A stretch of 64,000 nucleotides of DNA from Candidatus Woesearchaeota archaeon. Its GTDB lineage: Archaea > Nanobdellota > Nanobdellia > Woesearchaeales > SKIA01. The notes beneath the pieces were generated by a model that was not told the origin of the DNA, searched no databases, and saw only the letters and a program-made list of their open reading frames with translations. Position numbers and translations under genes: made by a program. The stretch lies in the NCBI GenBank assembly GCA_046704725.1, contig JBJKRI010000008.1:6191-70190 (forward strand), written 5' to 3'. This document shows positions 46,697 through 53,971 of this stretch, piece after piece (the first letter of the stretch is position 1; every line of letters begins with the position of its first letter).

Positions 46697-47320
46697 GTGA
46701 ACATCACTTTTCTCGGGGCTCCTGGCAGCGGCAAGGGCACGCAGGGCACGCGCCTCGCGAAACGTCTGGGCATCCCGCACATCAGCACGGGAGACCTGCT
46801 CAGAGAGATCGCTGCTTCGGGCAGCGAGCTCGGAAAGGAGGTGGCTGCCATCATGGAGCGGGGAGACCTGGTCTCTGACGAGTTGCTCATGCGCGTGCTC
46901 AAGCAGCGCTTGGAGACCGCTGAGCACGCGAACGGATTCATCCTGGACGGCACGCCGCGCAACCTCGAGCAGGCGCGGCTCATAGAGGGGTTCGCGCCCA
47001 TCGACCACGCGATCCTCGTTGATGTGCCCGATAGCGTCGTGGAGAAGCGCATCGGCGCGCGGCGCGTCTGCCCCAAGGACCATCGCGAGTACAACCTGCT
47101 CTTCAATCCCCCCAAGGACGACGGCGTGTGCGACGACTGCGGAACGGCGCTCGTGCAGCGGCATGACGACACGCCCGAAGGCGTGGCGCACCGGCTCGAG
47201 GTCTATCACTCGCTCACCGAACCAGTCATCGCGTTCTACGAGGAGAAGGGCTGCTTGCTGCGCGTGGACGGCGACCGGCCCATAGAGGATGTCGCGGCGG
47301 ACATCAACGGACAGTTCTAG
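46697..47320 (+). CDS. adk: Adenylate kinase (bacterial/long type with Zn-binding LID)
   Basis: GTG 46697 lies about 23 nt after TATTTAAA. FLGAPGSGKGTQ P-loop, HISTGDLLR, GFILDG.PR, RRVCPKD...CDDCG LID. Confidence 0.95.
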   Translation: MNITFLGAPGSGKGTQGTRLAKRLGIPHISTGDLLREIAASGSELGKEVAAIMERGDLVSDELLMRVLKQRLETAEHANGFILDGTPRNLEQARLIEGFAPIDHAILVDVPDSVVEKRIGARRVCPKDHREYNLLFNPPKDDGVCDDCGTALVQRHDDTPEGVAHRLEVYHSLTEPVIAFYEEKGCLLRVDGDRPIEDVAADINGQF

Positions 47321-48243
47321 GATAGCCAGGCCGCCAGGCAGACGGTGGCGTAGCAGCCGGGACCGAGCGTGAGATGCACAGTGACGGTGTCGCCGTCGCG
47401 CTCTAGGCGTTTCTTGCGGATATCCATGCGTAGGGCGCGCAGCTCGCCTTCTTGGGTGAGGTGCGGCAGCGCCGTGATGCGGAAGTCCTGCATGCGCAGT
47501 CCCGCCTCGTCGAGGAGCGGGATGTACTGTTGTTCCCAGTCGCCGAGCGGCTGCGCAGCACCTGGAAGCGGCACCTGCAGGTCGGGCAGCTCTTTTGGGA
47601 AACGCAGCGTGCCGTGCCGCCATTTCGCTGTGTGCATAGAGCCGTGCTCGGCCACCCACGCCGAGACCGCCCGGTTCCACAGCCAGGACTGGACGGCGTG
47701 CAGGTACAAGAGCAGGATGCGCTGGTTGGCATGTTGAAGCGCCCGCAACGCCGAGGAAACGTCTTCCACAGGCTGTCCAGTGATTGTTGCGGCGACAGTC
47801 TTGTAGTCCTTCTTGAGCAATGCGAGCCCGAGCTCGACGTTATGCTCGGAGAAGCGCTGGTCACCGAAGTAGTTCGGGACGGCGACGTCGTGCACCCCTT
47901 TGACCTCGCGTGCGACAATCGTGAAGCGGTTCGCCTCGAGCTCGCCGAGATGGAGCGGTTCGTCCGTGAAACCGGCATGCTCGAGCGCGATGCCTTCGGG
48001 GGCGGATAGCTCCTTGGGAGCTGTGATGTATTGGCTTGTCACGGCGCGCTTGTCCTTGAGCCCGGCGTACCGGATGGCTCTTTGGGGCAGTCCGTTGCGG
48101 GACGCTAACCGCTGGACGAGCTCGGTCGTGGTCATATCGCGCTTTGTCGCGCGGTAGACGACGTATTTTCCCACGTCTTTCCAGATCCTAGACGGTGCTT
48201 CCTCCACACGGAAATCCTCGGGTTCGGTCTTGATTTTCACCAC
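47317..48243 (-). CDS. truD: tRNA pseudouridine(13) synthase TruD
   Basis: K..PEDFRVEE, AGLKDKRAVTSQ (catalytic Asp), PNYFGDQRF, and C-terminal L.PGCYATV. Confidence 0.92.
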   Translation of the reverse strand: MVKIKTEPEDFRVEEAPSRIWKDVGKYVVYRATKRDMTTTELVQRLASRNGLPQRAIRYAGLKDKRAVTSQYITAPKELSAPEGIALEHAGFTDEPLHLGELEANRFTIVAREVKGVHDVAVPNYFGDQRFSEHNVELGLALLKKDYKTVAATITGQPVEDVSSALRALQHANQRILLLYLHAVQSWLWNRAVSAWVAEHGSMHTAKWRHGTLRFPKELPDLQVPLPGAAQPLGDWEQQYIPLLDEAGLRMQDFRITALPHLTQEGELRALRMDIRKKRLERDGDTVTVHLTLGPGCYATVCLAAWLS

Positions 48244-48345
48244 GGAGATGCGAAGAACGGCAGCTATTTAAGTAGCCATCGCGAACCTTATTCGGTGGAG
48301 CCGAACCAATCTTTATATACACTTTCGTATAATAGTATACTTCCT

Positions 48346-49053
48346 ATGACGCGTTCCTGCGACATGCACGTGCACACGGTCTACTCGCACGACTGCAGCA
48401 CGCCCCTGCTCGCCCTCAAGCACCTGGCACGAAAACACGACCTAATCGTCGCTATCACCGACCACAACCAGATCGGCGGCTCGCTCGCGGCAAGCGCACT
48501 GGGCATGGACGTGATACCAGCCATAGAGGTCACGACCAAGCGGCTCAAGGACTTCCTCGTCTACTTCCACGACCAGGACAACCTCATCGACTTCTACGAC
48601 CGCTACGTACGGCCAGCAAAAGACCCTGGCATTATCTGGGGGAGCAGAACCACGCTCAGCGAGCACGAGCTGCTCGACGCCGCACGGCACTATGACAGCA
48701 TGGTCAGCCTCGCGCACCCCTACTGCCCCGTGCCCAAGCGCAGCGCACACCTACCCCTCGACATGCTCGAACGCCTCGACGGAATCGAGGTCATGAACTT
48801 CGCGATGAGCCCGCGCGCGAACCTACGGGCGGCGACGCTCTGCGACGACCTGCGGAAGATACACACGGCGGGATCGGACAGCCACCATCCCGACACCTTC
48901 GGCATGGTGCTCACGCGGGCGGACGGCGAGACTCCCTCGGAATTCCTCTCGAACGTCCGGAAAGGGAACTCCATGATCGTGGGCATGCCGCGGCGCACGC
49001 GCGACGTCGTGGACAAGGTCCGGCAGTTCGTCAGCTACAAGATGTCGAACTGA
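48346..49053 (+). CDS. PHP-domain metal-dependent phosphoesterase
   Basis: DMHVHTVYSHD, ITDHN, LAHPY and GSDSHH motifs. ATG 48346 is preferred over the ORF track start. Confidence 0.88.
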   Translation: MTRSCDMHVHTVYSHDCSTPLLALKHLARKHDLIVAITDHNQIGGSLAASALGMDVIPAIEVTTKRLKDFLVYFHDQDNLIDFYDRYVRPAKDPGIIWGSRTTLSEHELLDAARHYDSMVSLAHPYCPVPKRSAHLPLDMLERLDGIEVMNFAMSPRANLRAATLCDDLRKIHTAGSDSHHPDTFGMVLTRADGETPSEFLSNVRKGNSMIVGMPRRTRDVVDKVRQFVSYKMSN

Positions 49054-49096
49054 AATCAAGCGACAGCAATAAAAGCCACTGCATTGTGGCACGCGT

Positions 49097-50290
49097 ATGG
49101 ATATCAAGGAGAGCGCCGTCAGGCTGCACGAACGCCACCAAGGAAAGCTCGGGACGACGACGCTCGTGCCCCTGAAGACGCGCCGCGACCTGTCGCTCGC
49201 GTACACGCCAGGCGTGGCCGAGCCGTGCCTGCGCATCGCCAAAGACAAGAGCCTCGCCTATGACTATACTCTGAAAGGGCGGACGGTCGCTGTAGTGACG
49301 GACGGAAGCGCAGTCCTCGGCCTGGGGAACATCGGCCCGGAAGCGAGCCTGCCAGTCATGGAAGGCAAGTGCGCGCTCCTCAAGGAATTCGCCGGCGTGG
49401 ACGCCGTGCCCATCGCGCTCTCCACACAGGACCCTGACGCCATCATCGAGACCGTCGAACGCCTCGCGCCGACGTTCGGCGCGATCATCCTCGAGGACAT
49501 CAGCGCGCCGCGCTGCTTCACCATCGAGAAGGAGCTCAAGAAACGCCTGGACATCCCGGTCTTCCACGACGACCAGCACGGCACGGCAATCGTCGTGGCA
49601 GCCGCGCTGCGCAACGCGCTGAAAGTGGTGGGAAAGCGCTTCTCGGACGTACGCATCGTCATCAACGGCGCGGGAGCGGCGGCACAAGCCATCACGCGCA
49701 TCCTCTGCGGAGGAGTCTGCCCGAACGTCATCCTCGTTGACCGCACCGGAGCCATCTACAATGGAAGGGAGAAGCTCGATGAGCACAAGCGAGCCATCGC
49801 GAGAAAGACGAACCCCGAACGACGCAAAGGAAAGCTGTCGGACGTCATCGAAGACGCCGACGTCTTCATCGGCGTATCCGCGCCCAACGTGCTCACGAAA
49901 GAGATGGTGGAGCGCATGGCGGACAACCCCATCGTCTTCGCGCTCGCAAACCCCGACCCCGAGATCGATCCCGCCCAGGCCGCGGCCGCCGGGGCGGCGG
50001 TCATCGCGACAGGACGGAGTGACCACCCGAACCAGATCAACAATGTATTGGCATTCCCGGGAATCATGCGCGGTGCATTGCAGGTGCGCGCGACATCCAT
50101 CACCGAAGGCATGAAGCAGGCGGCGGTGGACGCGATCGCATCGCTCGTGGAGCCCACGACTGATCGCATCGTGCCAGACCCGTTCGACGCCCGCGTCGCG
50201 CCAGCCGTGGCCAAAGCCGTGGCGAAGGCCGCGAAAGAAGACGGTGTGGACCGGGCCCGGGGGGATTCGAACCCCCGACCTACAGCTTAG
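49097..50290 (+). CDS. NAD(P)-dependent malic enzyme (short form)
   Basis: LSLAYTPGVAEPC, VTDGSAVLGLGNIGPEASLPVMEGK, FHDDQHGTA, INGAGAA, FALANPDPEI, NQINNVLAFPG. Confidence 0.95.
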   Translation: MDIKESAVRLHERHQGKLGTTTLVPLKTRRDLSLAYTPGVAEPCLRIAKDKSLAYDYTLKGRTVAVVTDGSAVLGLGNIGPEASLPVMEGKCALLKEFAGVDAVPIALSTQDPDAIIETVERLAPTFGAIILEDISAPRCFTIEKELKKRLDIPVFHDDQHGTAIVVAAALRNALKVVGKRFSDVRIVINGAGAAAQAITRILCGGVCPNVILVDRTGAIYNGREKLDEHKRAIARKTNPERRKGKLSDVIEDADVFIGVSAPNVLTKEMVERMADNPIVFALANPDPEIDPAQAAAAGAAVIATGRSDHPNQINNVLAFPGIMRGALQVRATSITEGMKQAAVDAIASLVEPTTDRIVPDPFDARVAPAVAKAVAKAAKEDGVDRARGDSNPRPTA

Positions 50291-50355
50291 GAGGCTTTAG
50301 CGGAGAAGCCTGCTATCGGTTCCCTGTCGCTCCATCCAGACTGAGCTACGGGCCC
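50252..50355 (-). tRNA. tRNA-Arg(CCU) with a 29-nt non-canonical intron at 28/29 (50297..50325)
   Basis: GGGCCCG/CGGGCCC acceptor stem, GCTC/GAGC D stem. Removing AGGGAACCGATAGCAGGCTTCTCCGCTAA restores ACAGC-CT-CCT-AA-GCTGT. Central helix AGCG/CGCT flanked by 3-nt bulges AC^A and AA^A. Confidence 0.9.
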
Positions 50356-51281
50356 AACAACGCCAGCAATTCGTTTGCTCGACGCCTCTTATCGGGATGT
50401 GCGAGCGGAAAGGTCCTTAAAAAGGTTCGTATAGCATCGTGGCGCCGAATCTGCAAATCCCAAGTCACTGACACTGTATCCGTGGTCGGCGACTTCGCGA
50501 CGCGGCAGTGCGGTTTGTACGCGTGCACCTCATATGCCTTGAGCAGTTCTCGCAATCTCATGATGAATTCCTCATCCTTGGATGTGAAATCGACGAAGTG
50601 CTGTCGGCAGTGAAACGGATCTTTCGGTAATGTGCCGTCCGCGTCGACGAGACCGGCGAAGTACCAAGGAAAAAGTGCAGGATGTTTTTCGATGAGATCA
50701 AGGATTCGCAAACGATGTTTTCTTCCCTGCGCAAAACCAAAAATGTGGTGGAAATACTCGTTGAGCGCTTTGCTCCCGACTGCAAGAACATGCTTTGGCT
50801 TGGTGCAGAGCGCTCCCTGAGATGCACGGTGAATTCCCCTGATTCCGAAGAGCTCGTGGCAGAGGTCATCCATGAGAAGCATTTGCGATTCGTATTCATC
50901 CACGAATGCGATGCGTTTCTTGTTACGCTCGCAGCATCCATCGCCTTGCATATACCTGATAAAATACGCCAGTTTCGGGGTAAGAACAAACGGCAAGCGC
51001 ACCTCCTTCCAACGATAGAAGAATAGCACATCCAGGGATTGAAGGTCCGAAACCAGACCTGGAACCTTCCTGTGAAGCGTTTTTATAACGAACAGCGGGT
51101 ATCGCTTCCTCCGCATGTATCTGTTTATGGTCTGCCCTGATATTCCTATCTCGTTAGCCGAAAGAGGGTGCGCAAGCAGTGATTCGTTGACCCGCTCGCA
51201 GGGGACCTTGATGGTCATCCGATCGGGGAGTCGGAGGATCACGTCCGGGATGGCGATTCGGGGCTCCGAAGGGAATATCAC
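50346..51281 (-). CDS. Free-standing double-motif LAGLIDADG endonuclease-like protein with N-terminal HTH-like segment
   Basis: Motifs LAYFIRYMQGDG and YFAGLVDADG. 43-47% GC in two sampled 60-nt lines versus 63% in a line of the neighbouring malic enzyme gene. Stop codon is tRNA nt 8-10. Start codon is uncertain. Confidence 0.85.
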   Translation of the reverse strand: MIFPSEPRIAIPDVILRLPDRMTIKVPCERVNESLLAHPLSANEIGISGQTINRYMRRKRYPLFVIKTLHRKVPGLVSDLQSLDVLFFYRWKEVRLPFVLTPKLAYFIRYMQGDGCCERNKKRIAFVDEYESQMLLMDDLCHELFGIRGIHRASQGALCTKPKHVLAVGSKALNEYFHHIFGFAQGRKHRLRILDLIEKHPALFPWYFAGLVDADGTLPKDPFHCRQHFVDFTSKDEEFIMRLRELLKAYEVHAYKPHCRVAKSPTTDTVSVTWDLQIRRHDAIRTFLRTFPLAHPDKRRRANELLALLGP

Positions 51282-51385
51282 CTACTTTAGATTTCTTCAA
51301 TCCGTATTAAGCGCGGTGCTGGAGGCTGTCCAGTGCGATTTTTAAAAGGGAATGGTTTTTAAGAAGGCGCAGCGCCCTTACGAGA

Positions 51386-52369
51386 ATGAAGAAAGGCCTG
51401 TTGCTTGTCGCAGGACTCCTCGTCGGCGCCGCACTGCTCATCGGCGTCTTCTTCACGTTCCCGTTCAAGGACCTGCTCACGCTCCTGCTCGGCCTGCGGC
51501 TGCGCTATATCTTCTTGTACCTCATCGTGAGCTTCGGCATCTTCTTGCTCCTCGTGCTGCGCTGGCACGTCATCTGCAGGAGCCACGGACTGCGCATTCC
51601 GTGGTGGCACCTGGTCGGCTACCGCTATGTCGGGCACGCGATCAGCTTCATCACGCCAGGACCCAAAGTAGGCGGCGAGCCCGCGCGAGCCGCGCTCATG
51701 AAACGCGACGACGTGAAACTGACCGTCGCGTTCAGCACCGTCATCGCCGACAAGACCATCGAACTCACGAGCTTCGGGCTCATGTTCGTGTTCGCCCTCG
51801 GATTCGCGCTGTTCACGCTCGACCTCTCGTTCCCCATAGAAGCCGGACTCGGGACCGCGTGCCTGATCGTGCTGGTCGTGATCAGCTACGGATTCATCGA
51901 GATGGCGCGCGGACGCGACCCCGTCATGCGACTGTTCCGCCTCCTGCGGCTGCACAAGATCAAGTGGCTGCGCCGCTACGAGAAAGAACTACGCGATTTC
52001 GAGAAGAACATCCACGGATTCTACGGCGACAACAAGAAAGCGTTCTGGCTCGCGCAAGGAGTGAGCGCGCTCGCCTGGACAGCGTCGCTGCTCGAGTATC
52101 GGCTGTTGCTGCTCGCGCTGGGATTCACGGCGAGCTTCGCGCAGATATTCGTCATCTACAGCGTGGTCGGAGCGGCGTACACCCTGCCGGTACCGCTCGC
52201 GCTCGGGACGCTCGAAGCCTCGGAAGCGAGCGTGTTCTCCGCGCTCGACTTCCCAGCGGCGGCCGGAGCGGCATTGGCGCTCATCACGCGGGCGCGCGAC
52301 CTGCTCTGGACGCTCGTCGGTTTCGTGCTCATGGGCTATTACCGGATGGGATTCGGGGGAAAGAAGTGA
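51386..52369 (+). CDS. UPF0104/lysylphosphatidylglycerol-synthase-TM family (flippase-like) membrane protein
   Basis: Multiple TM helices; LRW..I, FITPGPKVGGEP.R, STV.ADK, P.PLALGTLEA and ITRARDL motifs. Confidence 0.85.
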   Translation: MKKGLLLVAGLLVGAALLIGVFFTFPFKDLLTLLLGLRLRYIFLYLIVSFGIFLLLVLRWHVICRSHGLRIPWWHLVGYRYVGHAISFITPGPKVGGEPARAALMKRDDVKLTVAFSTVIADKTIELTSFGLMFVFALGFALFTLDLSFPIEAGLGTACLIVLVVISYGFIEMARGRDPVMRLFRLLRLHKIKWLRRYEKELRDFEKNIHGFYGDNKKAFWLAQGVSALAWTASLLEYRLLLLALGFTASFAQIFVIYSVVGAAYTLPVPLALGTLEASEASVFSALDFPAAAGAALALITRARDLLWTLVGFVLMGYYRMGFGGKK

Positions 52370-53457
52370 CAGGGGCTCTGAGGCTTTCCGACGCCTCGAA
52401 GAGAGTCATCAAAAAATGCATGTTCCCTGATGGGATGTACGCGGGGGCCACGCACTTCAAGGACTTGTGGGCACGCGACGCACTGTACGCGAGCTGGGGC
52501 GCATTGGCCGTCGATGAGACGCAGCCCGTGCTGCACACGCTCCAGACGCTCGAGAAACACCAGAAGGACGGCCAGATACCGCTGCGCGTGGGACGTAAGT
52601 CCGAACTCGCCATCTTCTTGGGACTGCCGTCGTCCAAAGGAGCGGTCTACAAGAACGACAAGACCGCGGACCCCGCGCTGGACCCGAACTCTTTGTACGT
52701 CATCACCGCAGAACGCTACACGGACGCCACCGGCAAGAGCGCGGTATCTGCAAAGAGCATTGAACAGGCGATGGAATGGCTCGCAAACCAAGACACGGAC
52801 AATGACTCGCTGCTCGAGGAAGGGTCATACGCCTCATGGGATGATTGCCTCAAGAAACGCGGCGCGAGCATCTACAACAACGCGTGCTACTACGGTGCGC
52901 TGCGGGCAGCGGCAAAACTGACGGGGAACGCGACGTACATTAAGACTGCCAAGAAGGTCCGGAAGGCAGCGAACGAAGTCTTGTGGAACGGTTCGTCGTA
53001 CGACAGCTGGAAAGGACGCCATATCCTGGACGTGGCGGGGAACCTGCTCGCCATCGAGTACGGCATGACAAACGCGACGCAGACGAACAGCATCTTGTCA
53101 TCCATCGCGAAAGACATGGAGGCGTCGGGAGACGCGCTGCCGCGCACGAACTACCCCGCCTATCCGTGGACGGACGTGTACTTCCCCTTCTACCTCGTGG
53201 GGATGGGGGATTACCACAACAACGGGCCGTACTGGACGTGGATCGCCGCCCTGGACGCGAAGGAGCGATTGACGCATGGCGATGCCGCACAAGGGGAGAA
53301 GGAGCTGCAGACGTTGGGCGCTTGGGTGAACAAGACAGGCGTCATCGAGCTGTACAGCGCCCCCGAGAAACCGCTCCATCGATTGTTCTACAGCAGCGAG
53401 ACGGACTTCACCTGGGGCGCGGGGATGATACTCTACGCTACAACGGATCGTCCTTGA
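52366..53457 (+). CDS. Six-hairpin glycoside hydrolase (amylo-alpha-1,6-glucosidase/invertase-like), 363 aa
   Basis: GTG overlaps the upstream TGA. AG..HF..LWARDALY, DTDNDSLLEE, SWDD, YNNACYY, YHNNGPYWTWI and FTWGAG motifs. Confidence 0.75.
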   Translation: MTGALRLSDASKRVIKKCMFPDGMYAGATHFKDLWARDALYASWGALAVDETQPVLHTLQTLEKHQKDGQIPLRVGRKSELAIFLGLPSSKGAVYKNDKTADPALDPNSLYVITAERYTDATGKSAVSAKSIEQAMEWLANQDTDNDSLLEEGSYASWDDCLKKRGASIYNNACYYGALRAAAKLTGNATYIKTAKKVRKAANEVLWNGSSYDSWKGRHILDVAGNLLAIEYGMTNATQTNSILSSIAKDMEASGDALPRTNYPAYPWTDVYFPFYLVGMGDYHNNGPYWTWIAALDAKERLTHGDAAQGEKELQTLGAWVNKTGVIELYSAPEKPLHRLFYSSETDFTWGAGMILYATTDRP

Positions 53458-53971
53458 GATGCAAGAGATAGCCGAGGCGCTGGACGACTATCGTCAGGAC
53501 GAACACCACGGCGATGGCGATGAGCACCCCGAGCCAATCCGACAGCCAGAGCGGGATAGTGACAAGCGCCGCCATGAGAAGGAAATCCACCTGGTCCCAG
53601 AAGAACAATGACTTTCCCGGAGCGATGCCGAGCTGGCGCTTGACCGCGCTCTCCAAGGCGTCGCCGAACAATGCGGCGTACGCCATGAGCGTCCCCAAGA
53701 GGACGGAGAACAAGCCGTAATCGATGAGCGCGAAGGACGTGAAGCCCGCGCCGAACAGCGCCTGCTGCGCCCAGAAGGCAAGAGTACCGGTGATTGTGCC
53801 AGCGAGCAGGCCGCGCCAAGTCTTGTGGCCGCCGAGCAAACGCTTCCCGCGCACCTTCAGTCCAAGATCGATGGGACTGGAGAGGAACGGGATGCGACGA
53901 ACGAAGACAGGGGTCATGTTGGCGATATAGGCGGGGATGAAGAAATAGAGCGGAGAGAGCACATCGATCAT
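53438..53971 (-). CDS. carS: CDP-archaeol synthase (CDP-2,3-bis-O-geranylgeranyl-sn-glycerol synthase, DUF46)
   Basis: PAYIANMTP, PIDLG...G.RLLG.HKTWRG, GDALESAVKRQLGI.PG....FWDQVDF. ATG 53971 overlaps the gatE stop. Confidence 0.9.
   Translation of the reverse strand: MIDVLSPLYFFIPAYIANMTPVFVRRIPFLSSPIDLGLKVRGKRLLGGHKTWRGLLAGTITGTLAFWAQQALFGAGFTSFALIDYGLFSVLLGTLMAYAALFGDALESAVKRQLGIAPGKSLFFWDQVDFLLMAALVTIPLWLSDWLGVLIAIAVVFVLTIVVQRLGYLLHLKDDPL

Noticed and set aside
50297-50325. LAGLIDADG gene encoded inside the tRNA intron, or a split/permuted tRNA
   Set aside because: The intron is only 29 nt and both exons are contiguous in normal order; the endonuclease lies upstream of the tRNA.
51352-53457. 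701-aa ORF from the track as a single protein
   Set aside because: The first 338 codons are an out-of-frame shadow of the flippase gene; the hydrolase starts at GTG 52366.
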